From Vicugna vicugna (Eukaryota): a DNA stretch of 64,000 nucleotides. The DNA is taken from contig MU058198.1 in the NCBI GenBank assembly GCA_013265495.1, positions 1,810,419-1,874,418 on the forward strand, read 5' to 3'. A program made the position numbers and the translations under genes. The number at the start of each line of letters is the position of its first letter. Within the stretch, counting starts at the first letter, position 1. Under the pieces are notes generated by a model. The model was not told the DNA's origin. It saw only the letters and a list, made by a program, of their open reading frames with translations, and made no database searches. Positions 12,400-24,689 of the stretch are shown in pieces.

Positions 12400-14265
12400 T
12401 TTTTTTTTTAATTGAAGTGTAGTTGGTTTACAATGTTGTGTTAATTTCTGGTGTACAGCATAGTGATTCAGATATATATATATATTTCTCCTCATAATAT
12501 TTTTCATTATAAGCTATTAAAAGATATCGAATATAGTCCCTGTACTATACAGTAGGACCTTGTTGTTTGTCTGTTTGATGTACGATAATATCTGCAAATC
12601 CAGATCTCCCACTTTATTCCTTCATCTCCCTTTCCCCCATGAGAGATAACCAAAAGTTTGTTTTCTATGTCCATGAGTCTGTTTCTGTTTTGTAAGTAAG
12701 TTCATTTGCTTCACTTTTTTTTTTCAGGTTCTACATGTAAGTAATATCATATGGTATTTTTTCTTTCTCTTTCTGGTTTATTTTGCTTAGTATGACAATC
12801 TCCAGGTTCATTCATGTTGCTGCAAATGGCATTATTTTATTATTTTTTATGGCTGAGCAGTATTTCAATATATATGTATATACACATACACACACACACA
12901 CTCCCCCCACAACTTCTTTATTCAGTCATCTGTCAATGGACATTTAGGTTGCTTCCGTGTCTTGGCTATTGTAAATAGTGCTGCTATGACTACTGGGGTG
13001 CATCTACCTTTTTGAATTAGAGTTTCCTCGGGATATATGCCCAAGAATGGAATTGCTGGATCATATAGTAAGTCTATTTTTAGTTTTTAAAAGAATCTCC
13101 ATACTGTTTTCCACAGTGGCTGCACCAAACTGTATTCCCACCAGCAGTGTAGAAGGGTTCCCTTTTCTCCACATCCTCTCCAGCATTTATCATTTGTGGA
13201 CTTTGTTTTTTAATTCTTATTTTTTATTGAAGTATAGTTTATTTACAATGTTAGTTTAAGATGTATAGCAAAGAGATTCAGTTATGCATATATATACATT
13301 TTTTTCAGATTCTTTTCTTTTGCTTTTTAACATTTTTTTATTGAGTTATAGTCATTTTACAATGTTGTGTGAAATTCCAGTGTAGAGCACATTTTTCCAT
13401 TATACATGAACATACATATATTCATTGTCACATTTTTTTTCGCTGTGAGCTACCACAAGATCTTGTATATATTTCCCTGTGCTATATATATCATTTGTGG
13501 ACTTTTTAATGATTGCCATTCTGACTGGTGTGAGGTGATACCTCACTATAGTTCTGATTTGCATTTCTCTGATAATTAGGATATTGAGTGTTTTTCATGT
13601 TCCTATTAGCCGTTTATATGTCTGCATTGGAGACAGTTTGTTTAGGTCTTCTGCCTATTTTTGGATTGGGTTCTTTGTTTTTTGTTATTGAGTTGTATGG
13701 TCTGTTTGTATATTCTTGAAATTAAGCCCTTGTTGGTCACATTGTTTGCATATATTTTCTACCATTCCGTAGTTGTCTTTTTGTTTTCCTTAGCTGTGCA
13801 AAAGCTTTTCAGTTTAATTAGGTCCTCTTTGTTTATTTTTGCTTTTATTTCTATTGCCTTAGTAGACTGCCCTAGGAGAACATTGCTAATATTTATGTCA
13901 GATAATGTTTTGCCTATGTTTTCTTCTAGGAGATTTATAGTGTCTTGTCTTATGTTTAAGTCTTTAAGCCATTTTGAGTTTATTTTGTGTGGTGTGAGGG
14001 AGTATTCTAACTTCATTGATTTACATATGGCTATCCAGCTTTCCCAACACTGCTTGCCAAAGAAACTGTCTTTTCTCCATTGTATTGTTTCGCCTCCTTT
14101 GTCGAAGATTAATTGACTGTAGGTGTGTGGGTTTATTTCTAGGCTCTCTCTTCTGTTCCATTGATCCATATGTCTGTTTTCATGCCAGTCCCCTGCTGTT
14201 TTGATTACTGTAGCTCTGTGGTATTGTCTGAGGTCTGAGAGCGTTATTCTTCCAGATTCATTGTT
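12400..14265 (-). mobile_element. 5'-truncated lineage-specific LINE-1 (3'UTR + ORF2 C-terminus) hosting a nested insertion
   Basis: Poly-T + ttgaagtgtagttggtttacaatg tail; ORF 13759..14169 DQWNR...LIFDKG...KWLKDLN is L1 ORF2. Confidence 0.92.
13205..13488 (-). mobile_element. Nested insertion of two tandem L1 3' ends, 17-bp TSD TATCATTTGTGGACTTT (13188-13204, 13489-13505)
   Basis: Perfect direct repeats flank two distinct T-rich-headed L1 tails. Confidence 0.85.
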
Positions 14266-15059
14266 GAGACACTTTATCTTAACTTGTCTAATCTCACGAT
14301 TTGTGGAAACTGAAATTTCTCTTCACAATTTCTGCTAATTATTTATTTGTGTTGGGAAAGGGGGAGGAATTTTTTTTATGCTCTTGTGGTTTTCTTTGCC
14401 TCCAGCATATTGCATTATGATTCTGTTTTGATCACATCAATTTAGATGTAAAACACAGCCTTTTCATTGGTTCCCCCCACCCCCAGGAATTGCATTCTCA
14501 TCACAATTTTATGAGTATTTTTAACCTTTATTAATTTGGAGCGTGGTGGGATTATATCAAGGGACACATTAGCTATGGCCATTTCACCAGGTTTACTCAC
14601 CCTTGTCTCTTCTAATCTCTGTTTTTACTTTTCCTCCAGTATTGTCCCCAACAGCTTCTTCTATATGTAGAGCAGTTCATATTTTCCCAGATCTTTCTCT
14701 CAGACTTGCATATCCAGATTCATGAGTACTTAGCAGAACCAAGGACCTTTCATATACCATTTATATATTTATTCAAGAAGTTCAACAAGTAGTTTCTTAG
14801 CATCTATTAAATTACAGATACTGGTTGGTATTGGGTATATAATTGTGAAATATGCAGATAAAATCTCTATTTTGAAGGAAATACAAGCAAACATTAGTTA
14901 GGGGTCTGTCTGCCTCCAAGTGGGATGGAGAAGTTCTTCATAGCCTAACATTCAAACTGCAAAAATTAGAAGAAACCAGATAAATAATATTTATCAGATG
15001 ACTAAAGAAGCAATAAGGACTAGATTATTTTCAATTCTGAAAAATAGGTAATCCTTCCT

Positions 15060-16200
15060 TTTGATTCTATGTTAAACTTTCCATCTCTCTGCTTACATTA
15101 TGCATTTGTTCTAGCATATTAATCGTAGTTATTTTGTATTACCAACCTGATAATTGCAAAATCTCTGCCTAATCCTTATCTGGTTACCTTCCTTCCTTTG
15201 TCTATCCAACTGTGTTTTGCCTTGCCTTTTAGCATGCCTCAATCCCTTTTTACTAAAAGCCAGACATCACATATTAGTTAACAGGAACTGATTTAATTAT
15301 TTCTTAAGTATGAGGTTGTTTTTTCTGGTTAGGAATTACACTGTTACTGTTTGCTGTAGCTGTAGTTGTCAGAGGCTTTGATTTCCTCTAGTGTCCTTGT
15401 ATTTTCTTGCCCTCTATTATTTTTGTGTTTCCATAGAGACTCCTTCTTAAATATTGCCTGAGCCCTGTGGTTCTTTCTGCTATAATCCCATAGTTATACA
15501 TGAGCCCTATTGACATAGTGGTAAGGTGCAGGGGGAGGGAAAGTGTTCTATAATCTCATGACTAGCTGTAAGTCTTTTAGAAGGCCTGTCCCTGGACTGA
15601 CCTTCACAAGTGCTGCTCAGCTCTCCCTCACCTCCCTAACTGACACAGGAAGACTTGAGGGGGATGGAGTTGGGTATTTTCCTTCCCCTATGTTTGATTA
15701 GGCTCTGATAAAGGAATTTCCCTTGAGGACAGGCCTTTGTTACTTAGAAAAGAACATTCAGCATATTTAGAAATTGTTTCTTTTACCATGAGGTATTTCA
15801 AAATGGTTACTCCCCCTTTCTCCGCTTACTGGAAGCACAAGGGTATTTTTTGTAGTCTTTATCAAGAGAACCTGGTAGGGCTCCTGGAAGTTAAACTAAG
15901 GAAAGTATGCAGATTTCTTAAAATTTGGCTCCCTAGGGGTTTTTAACTTTCAAGCTAACTCACACTCAGCCTTCAGAATTTTTTCAATTGCCATTTGTGT
16001 TCTTGCCAGTTGTTGGCTCCACTGGCTTCTGCTCTCAGTAAACTGTGGTTCTCTGCATCTGCCTATGTCTCCAGTTTTTGAGGCATTGGCTTGCTTGGTG
16101 ACCTCAACTCTCCAGTGTATCTAAGAACTATTGCTTTTCAGTTTGTTTAGTTTTTTTTGTCATAGTGAGAATGAGTGGTAACTTCCAAGATCTTTACATA
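15060..16200 (-). mobile_element. Ancient LINE-1 5' end (L1MD/L1MC-type), second copy
   Basis: Shares colinear blocks (gtgctgctcagctc, ttgggtattt, ctggaagca, ctggtaggg, gtgacctca) with 5815-6530. Confidence 0.65.
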
Positions 16201-16379
16201 TAGGAGAAGACTATATTTTTATTAGTTTCTTGAGCATGCTAAATTTCAGTTTGAAACTTAGAAACTGTATGACCTCAGAGATTTGATTATTGTTTACAAG
16301 GGAGTACCTTCTACCAAAGTTCAGTAATGTTTAGGTACTCATCTACAGGTTTTTGCTTTTTGTGTGTTTCTTCTACTAC

Positions 16380-16510
16380 TAGAAGTTTTCTCTCATGAGA
16401 GCAAGTCTGTGTCAGTCTTATTCATAAATGTATTTATGGTACCTTACACAATGGATGAAACATCATAGATAGAGTAAATATTTGTTGAATAAGTGGATTG
16501 ATTGGCATTG
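16380..16510 (+). mobile_element. L2 3' end fragment
   Basis: catgagagcaag...tcttattcat...taaatatttgttgaataagtggattgattgg. Confidence 0.6.
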
Positions 16511-17030
16511 ATAAGTGACTGATGACTTTTATTAGATAAGTCAGAGGAAGATGTTAAAGGTAAATAAGTCTCAAGTTTCTGGCTTGTACATTTAGGTAGA
16601 TAATGGTGCAACCTACTCAGGTAAGGAATTTAGCAGGAGGAGCACATTTTCAGATGTGGTAATGAATAGAGTTTGAAGTTCCTATAAGGCAACTAAGTAT
16701 AATGAGTTACCAGCATAAAGTTCTGAAACTTGTGAGAAAGACATTGACTGGAGTAGATTGTGCCATTATCAGCATCAAGAAAATAATTGGATCAAAGTGG
16801 GACCAGGTGAGATTGTTCAGAAGTTTTATGGACCTACTTTGAACTTTTATCCATATATTACTTCCAAGTATTGTTTATTTTTCACAATTTTGTACCTTTT
16901 GTACTTTGATTTTTACTTTTGAGGTTAATGGTCTGTTTTTTCTTCTCTGGATAATTGATATAAATGCTTGTCCTTTATAAGTAATAATAATAGATGTAAA
17001 GTTTGCATTTGTTATTTTTTCTTTTCACAG

Positions 17031-17160
17031 GAATTCACATTACAAAATATGACCACAGTAGCAGTTCAAGACTTGTCTTTGAATATGTATGAGGGGCAAA
17101 TCACTGTTCTCCTAGGACATAATGGGGCAGGAAAGACTACTACCTTATCTATTCTCACAG
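17031..17160 (+). CDS. ABCA exon w6 (130 nt, phase 0-1), NBD1 Walker [10 protein letters not shown]
   Basis: ttttcacag acceptor, CAG|gtatat donor. Confidence 0.96.
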
Positions 17161-18600
17161 GTATATATTCAGGGTTACTTGGAGCACAGATACTGTGGAT
17201 CAAGCTTTGACGCTTCTGCATACTCTTCTTGACATTGACATCAATGTCATTAAATGATACTTAATGATTGTTTATTAAATCCACTCTCTTCTTAAAGTGA
17301 GAATCATTTATTATTAAGTATAAAATTAGTATTTTTTTTTTCCTCAGGTGCATCAAATTTCTCACTTTGTAGTGTACCATCCTCACTGGTCAATTCAAAG
17401 ACTCTTAATTTTCATTTGTTGTTTCCTTTAAGTTTCCTTTTATTTTACTCTTCCTTCAATTCTCCTGTTCTCTTCATAGGAAACCATTCTAATTTGTCTT
17501 ATGTACATTGTTTTTATTGTGAAATGTGTATTATATATTCTTACAAATACATTTTCAAAATATAACCAAGTTGAAATATTTTTAGTGATCCCACTCATGC
17601 CTACTGCCTAGATTCTGCCATTTTAACGTATTACTATACTTGTCACATACCTTTTAATCCCATTTTTAGGCATCTGAAAAATTAACTTTAGACATTAGTA
17701 TTTCTAAACAAATATGCATATCACTAATTAAATTTTTTCTTTTGGAGTAAAATTTTATTTTGATGAAATGCTTAAATTTTAAGTATTTGCCTCCTGAATT
17801 TTGATGTATGCATACATCTGCATAATTCAATTGCCTATTAAGATAGAGAACTTCACTATTATCCCAGAAAATGTCCTCATTGCTCAGGTGATCCACTTGT
17901 AATTCGTAACAGCCAGTATATTTCAGATGAAGCAAAATTTTGTATCATCAGTGCATATTGTTATGCCAGGTATTTGGATAGAAACTGAGAATACAGTGGT
18001 GAGCAGGAAGTCCTTCCCTTCAAGGATTGTACAGTTGAATGAGGATACTGATGAGTAAATAGGAATTTTATAACAGGACTTGAGAAGTAATAAAATAAAG
18101 CTTGAGTATTAGGTGCCATCCTGCCATCTTGATATAATACTGTTTAGGTCTGTGGGCAAAGGGGAAATCTAATTTGAGGTTGGTACAAGGTGTAATCATG
18201 AAAGGAGGGGTAGATGCATATTCCAAGGATATTCAGCAGTCAAGAAGTAAGAGGATAGGGAATATTATATGACTAGAGAACAGAGAGAGAATAAAAATGA
18301 CAAAAATGATACTAGAATGTCAAGTAAAAGGCTGGAGCAAGGCTGAGTTTCCCATTGTGGATCAACTAGAAGCAGCCTTACCTTTGAGGCATGGAACCAT
18401 GCAAAACAATAACTCCTTATCAGTTTCTGTCTTTGGACTGCCCCTGAACATTAGTTAAAGCCCTTATTTTAGGCAGTACTTCCCAATTAATGCCACATAA
18501 TTATTACTGAATCATTGTTATCATTGCCATCAGTATCATATTAACTACCATTTATTGAATGTTTCTGTATATTTTATCCTGGAACATACTCCATGCTTTA

Positions 18601-19104
18601 TGTTTCATGGCAGTGATGGTCCCCAAAGATACATTCATGTTTTAATCCCTGAAGCCTATGAATTTTATATATACACACACACACACACATATATATACAT
18701 ATATGTAAAATTATGAAATAATCTTGGTTATCTGGCTGAACCCAAATGCAGTCTCTAGTGTCCCTATAAGTGAAAGGCAGGGAGAGATTATAGATGGGCA
18801 GAAGAGTAGAGGACACACAAAAGACAGAAGGCAATGTGGAAATGGACCCAGATAACCGTCCATTGTCCAGAGTATTGCTCTACAGGGTAAGACATATTAG
18901 CAGCCACCAGAATCTTTAAGAGGTGAAGAATGGATTTTCCCTTAGAGTCTCTGTTGGGAGTGTGGAACTGCTAACACGTTGATTTCAGTCCACTGATACT
19001 GATTTCAGACTCTGGTCTCTCCAGAACTGTGATAGAAGAAACTTCTGCTGTTTTAAGACTAATTTTGCGGTCATTCGTTGCAGCAGCCATTGGAAACCAA
19101 TGCA
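18601..19104 (+). mobile_element. MLT1 (ERVL-MaLR) solo LTR, MLT1C/D-like
   Basis: ggtccccaaagat...taatccctg...gcagccaccagaa...ccagaactgtga...gcagcagccattggaaaccaatgca. Confidence 0.85.
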
Positions 19105-19454
19105 CCTGTTATCTCGGAACACACATCATGCACTTCCTTTGTGTGCATGCTCATTCCCTTTCCCTCACCAGGAATTCCTGGTCCACCACTCCACCTTTTG
19201 AAATATTCTCCTCTTCCATGAAGATCCACCTCCTGATCCCCTCAACCAGAATTAATCACTCTTACCTCTGTTTGGTAACTGAGGTATGTCCCAAGAAGTT
19301 AGAATAGTTCCTTACAAATAATAAGTTCTCAGTAAATACTTGCAGAGTGAATTAATTCCATCGTGTATCACAGTTGTTGAGTCACCTGTTTCCTCCATTA
19401 GATTTAAGTTTTTTGAGGAAAGCATCATGTCAGTAATTTTTTAAATGGCAGTTT

Positions 19455-19700
19455 TTTAATTGAGGTAACGTTAATACAACATAAAATTCACCATTTTAAG
19501 TTTCCAGTTTGGTGTCACGTGGTACTCTCACACTATCGTGCAACTATTATGTCTGTCTAGTTCCAGAATGTTTTTGTCTCTCCAAAAAGAAACACTATGT
19601 TTTAGCCATCACCTCCTCAGTTTCCCGTCCTCCCAGACCCTGACAACTACTAAGCTAATTTCAGTCCCTATAGATTTGACTAATATGAATATTTCACATA
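19455..19700 (-). mobile_element. Old LINE-1 3' end fragment (L1MB-like)
   Basis: tttttaattgaggtaa...cataaaattcaccattttaag...tagttccagaatgttttt. Confidence 0.7.
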
Positions 19701-20786
19701 CATGTATCTCCCAGATGGACTGGCCTATGATACCAAATGTTCAGGAATGGCTGTATTATTGAGCACGTTTCCCACGGCCGCCTATGCTGAAGGGAGTTAA
19801 CTGTTCATAGCGTCAGCGGTCTAATCTTACTTTATTGCGTCACAGAGTGCCCGCATACTTTTCCTGAGAAAGATGTGTTAGTGACATTGTGTCAGAAAAC
19901 ACTGTAAGCATCCCTCTTTCACATGCCATATATTGAAGTGTGGTAACTCTATTGCAATATGTTTCTCATGTGCCACTAGGCAAAACAATGCCAGAAGTTG
20001 GATGTACAAAGTAGAGGCATCCCAACCCATACCCTGCCCTACTTTATTTTAGTATCAACATTAATGATGACACTTTGTTAAAAATGAAAAAATCTGGGAC
20101 AGATGTTAAAAGAGGTAGAAAGCTTAGACAATGGTAGTAAATGGGTGGGAGCATTTAGTCACCCTAAATGTGTTGGACACTCTTGAATACATCTTCCTCT
20201 TCAAAGTGTGTTTTGTAAAATAGAATTAATGAGTCGTGAAATTTAAGAAGTCTTGTGGCTACATTTAGTGTGTTAACAGATGTTTCACCATAAAACTTGT
20301 TCAGTTGCCATCTGTACGTAAATGTTACATATCTATTTTTAAACTATTTTATATGATTCTATTTTATCATCCAGCTAGATTTTTAACTTCTTGAGGATAA
20401 GAATCCTGTGTTCTAAATTTTTCATTTTTAAAAAAACAAAGTCTACCAAAGTGTTTATAATGCAGTGTTCAGATCATAATGTTTCACATCTGTCGTCAAA
20501 TGGCAGACAGCAGCACTAGAATACTGGAGCAGAAAATTATTCAAAACATTTTTTATTATTTGAGTAATTAATATTTTATACTCATTGGAAACTAGATTAT
20601 GTGAATTTTTAAAAAAGGGAAAAAAAAGTTTTCCCATCATCAGAAGTTACCATATTTGACCAGACGGTTTTTCTCTATGGTGATAATTCTTTTGAGTAAT
20701 CCATAAATAAATCATTAAATTGAGCTGCTAATGAACAGCATATCATCAGATTCTCTCACTGAAGATGAGCGTCTGCTTAATTCTAG

Positions 20787-20941
20787 GTTTCTATCGTCCT
20801 ACCAGTGGAAAGGTATATATTAATGACTATGATGTGTCAAAAGACATGCTTCAAGTCAGAAAAAGCTTGGGCTTGTGCCCCCAGGATGACATATTGTTTC
20901 CAGACTTGACAGTATCAGAACATCTCTATTTCTACTGCATG
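20787..20941 (+). CDS. ABCA exon w7 (155 nt, phase 1-0), NBD1 Q-loop [11 protein letters not shown]
   Basis: ttctag acceptor, ATG|gtgagc donor. Confidence 0.95.
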
Positions 20942-21196
20942 GTGAGCCAGAGATAGATTCTTTTCCCCGACTCTTTTCGTATGCTTCAGACAGTGTGACC
21001 AAGGATCAACACCTTTACCCTTATTTAGTGGAAGTTCATTTTTGGGAGACATTGTTCTTTTACCATAAAGGAGGGGTGGAGGGCAAAGAGAAGAAAAAGT
21101 CTTATATCTAGATGATTCTGTAAGAAAAGTTCTGATATGAGATTTTTCTAAGGATAAAATTGAAAGCACCGTGTGAACTCTGGCTTCTCTTTCTAG

Positions 21197-21352
21197 ATAA
21201 AAGGAGTACCTCCAGAGATTCGTGTCAAAGAAATTGACACTATGCTGGCTGCTTTTGGCCTGCTAGAAAAGCGTCATGCCTTTTCACAGTCACTGAGTGG
21301 AGGAATGAAGCGCAAACTGTCCATCATTATAGCACTTGTAGGAGGCTCCAAG
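21197..21352 (+). CDS. ABCA exon w8 (156 nt, phase 0-0), NBD1 signature LSGGMKRKLS
   Basis: ctttctag acceptor, AAG|gtaaag donor; not in ORF track. Confidence 0.96.
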
Positions 21353-21647
21353 GTAAAGAACAGTTAACATGGGTCCCTGCCCCAGGTGATATGCCAAACT
21401 CAGCTGACACAAACCTATGAGCTGATACGAATCTAACTCTCTAAAAGGAACTTCCCAAATGGTAATTCCCATTGCTGACCCAGCTGATACAGTGTGGTTT
21501 GGGGGTTTTAACTTACTATTAATTTTGCAGAGTCTTGTCTAGATTACATATTTTAGCTTAAATATGTCCCCCATGAGTAGTAAGTTATCCCATAAGCAGC
21601 ATAACATGAATTAATTACAATCATGGAATTGTTCTTCTGGTCTTTAG

Positions 21648-21858
21648 GTGGTGATACTTGATGAGCCAACATCTGGCATGGACTCAGTCTCAAGGAGATT
21701 CACTTGGGATGTCCTTCAGCAGCATAAACAGGGTCGTACCATCCTACTGACAACCCACCACATGAATGAAGCTGACATCCTGGGAGACCGTATAGCTATC
21801 ATGGTCAAGGGATCCCTGAAATGCTGTGGCTCTTCAATTTTCCTGAAAAGAATTTATG
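21648..21858 (+). CDS. ABCA exon w9 (211 nt, phase 0-1), NBD1 Walker [13 protein letters not shown] and H-loop TTHHMNEAD
   Basis: tctttag acceptor, ATG|gtatct donor. Confidence 0.96.
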
Positions 21859-22589
21859 GTATCTCTTCCCTTGATCATAGTTTGTATTCTAATGTCTTAA
21901 TAATATTCTCTAAGAAGATTTTTGTTCCTCTACACAAGTCTTTAAAACTTACGTCTTACTGCCTTAAGTCTAAGTTATTTAAATTGGCTATTTGTAACTT
22001 GGACATATCATATCCAATAATTTTTCATTATGATCCAGTAAGTATATTCTAACTTAGAAAATACTCTTTTACTGATCCCACGAAAGTTATGTATATTTCT
22101 CTCATCTGGCTTCTACTGAAGCTGTTATTTGTTGCAGGAACAAAGTAATGCTTCCAAGGGATTTGGTACATAGATTTATGGATTGTAGGGGAGAAAATCA
22201 GTGACTAGGTATTTCTGACCACTTTTTCTCTGTTGCAAAATTAATATCACCTCCCTCCAGTGTAATTAGTTAAATGCTTTCTAGTTTATTTTCATGAAAC
22301 AATCCTGAAATGTAGCAGTTGATCAGCAAGAATTTATTGAGCAGGAAATAAATGAATGGTGGAATAAAATAGTCTTGACTTTAATGAGTATATGGTCTGA
22401 TTAGTCAGTAAGATTAGTGCATTAAAAATGAGCAATATAATATCATATATAATTGAATTCTGAAATAACATGCACGGCTCAAACCAGTAAGTGTATGAGG
22501 GCTTCAGAATTGGAGGATACAAATCAATGAGAATAGTTAAGTCTGACATCATTCCATTAATTATTAATTTAGTGTTTAAATATATCCAT

Positions 22590-22795
22590 TCAACTGACAT
22601 TTATTATGAGTGAATTATGTTTCATGTTTACACACATTTACCTCATCTACTTTTCATAACCTCACCATTTTTATGGAGCAGGAAACTTGGGTTCATACCA
22701 AAGTAACTCATTCAGACCATGCAGTAAGTGGCAGAGATTTGGTCCTGGGTTCTTCTGACACCAAAGCCATGCTTTGCATTCTAATATGCTGCGAC
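22590..22795 (-). mobile_element. MIR SINE
   Basis: ccattttatggagcaggaaact...aagtaact...gtaagtggcagag...ctgacaccaaagcc core. Confidence 0.7.
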
Positions 22796-23888
22796 TTGCC
22801 CTTTACTCTTTACCTCAAAGAGGATGTTGGGTTTTAAATAGTAAATTTGGTGAATTTCAGAAGTAGAGAGACTCATACTATTGAATATTTTTTCACTTAC
22901 ATGTGGGGATATAGAAGTTGATATTCCTATAGTAGGTGAGTTGTAGACACAAAATTATTACCTAAGTATACTGAATATCCATAGAGTGCTTTCCGTTACA
23001 GATCCTAAAAAGGTGATGGAGGAAAGAACACCTCTTTTTTTAGGGGAGTACATAAATAAGTACTAAAAGCATGAGGATAAAAATGGACCTTTTTTTTTTT
23101 TTTTCCACTGGGACAGTGAGGAAGTCAGCCTGGATCAGAAGTTCTGGGAGAGGATGAATGAGAAATTAAGTTTGATGGTCAGGGTAGTAAATGGAAAGGC
23201 ACTGAAAACAAGACTGATTTGTCACTTGATGTGTGAATGCATGTATAAGATAAATTTAGGAATATAGAATTCAGAAGTTTTATTCAAGAAGTAACAGAAA
23301 GCCAACCTAAAATGATGCATGCTAGAATAAGAATAAGGGCAGCAAGACAGGAAAAATAAGGATGTGTGTTTATATACATACATACGTGTGTGTGTGTGCA
23401 CAAAATCCTGAAAGGATCAGAAACGCTTGACAACCGAAGTCCATGTAGCCCATTCTCTCATGATGAAGGGAAGACTTTCTAGTACAGTGAGGTGAAATTT
23501 TGCAGTTTTCATTCAATAATACAGTGAGGTAAAGTTTCCACTTTAGTGACATATCCCTGAAATGTGGCAAGTGAACATTAAGTATGTAAAGAATGATGGC
23601 AGGAAGGAAAGCCAAAAAGATATAAAACAATAAAAATTTAATAAGGTTAAATTTTGGTAAGAACATGAAACCAGTATATCCCAAAGATTAAAGAGTCAGA
23701 AACTGACTAAGAGGAATGAGTTGAAAGTAATTTGAAGGCCACTTGTTCTTAAGCACAATAATGATGCCTCTTAGAAATAAAATTTTTAACAAGCAAGATC
23801 CTATGTTTTTGGTGGCAGAGTATATTATGTGTTTAATTTGGGCAGATTGCATTTTTAAAATTTTGGTCTTCTAAATGGGTCTTTTCAG

Positions 23889-24039
23889 GTGTGGGATATC
23901 ACCTGATTATGGTAAAGGAACCTCATTGTAATGTTAAGGAAATCTCTCAACTGATTAATCGTCATGTACCAGAAGCCACATTGGAGAATAACGTTGCAGC
24001 TGAACTATCATTTATCCTACCAAAAGAGCACACGCACAG
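23889..24039 (+). CDS. ABCA exon w10 (151 nt, phase 1-2), R1: [14 protein letters not shown]...[12 protein letters not shown]
   Basis: cttttcag acceptor, CAG|gtatgg donor; not in ORF track. Confidence 0.94.
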
Positions 24040-24689
24040 GTATGGATCCAGAGAATGTTAGATAAATGGTTTGGGGTTTTCAGAAATCACTGTTACTTTT
24101 CTAGGTTTCCTCAGGCTTGACAAATAGATTCTTTTTAGTTGCCAGTTGACAAGTAATAGTCAAAAAATTTACTTCCTGGAGATTTCACTATTTGTACAGA
24201 GGGAAGTCACATAACTTAGACTTCATTTTTGTTTGTCTTGATATCTCTTTATTTCTGTTTCTTACAGGCTGATGTTAAGTGGTAAGAAATGATAAGCTAT
24301 TGGCAGAAATTTTTTTCTTTGTGAGCAAAATCAAGTGAATTGCTAAGATAAGAGGAAAAGTGGTCTACATGGCAGCTCTTGGAGCCAGGAGCCCTAGAAA
24401 CTATAGGAAACAGGCAGTTTGACAGCAATAGTTAGCCAAGTTAGTTATCAAAAGGTGAAAGAAGGAATAATAATTGTACCTGGGATGTTTATCTTGACTA
24501 AGGGATGAGGGAAATAAGAGTATTTATCATAAACTTTGTGCCAGTTTTATCTTTTTGCAAGTTGTAGTCACTACAACTAGGTTGATATTCCCCTGAAGAA
24601 AACTGATTGCCATTCTCAAAAGGAGATAAACAGAGGGGAACTTCTTTAACTTGTAAACCTAAAACTGCTTTCAAAAAATATAGAGTATT

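Noticed and set aside
17230..17249. Inverted repeat TGACATTGA-ca-TCAATGTCA
   Set aside because: A 9-bp stem is plausible by chance in 64 kb of AT-rich DNA, and there is no supporting context.
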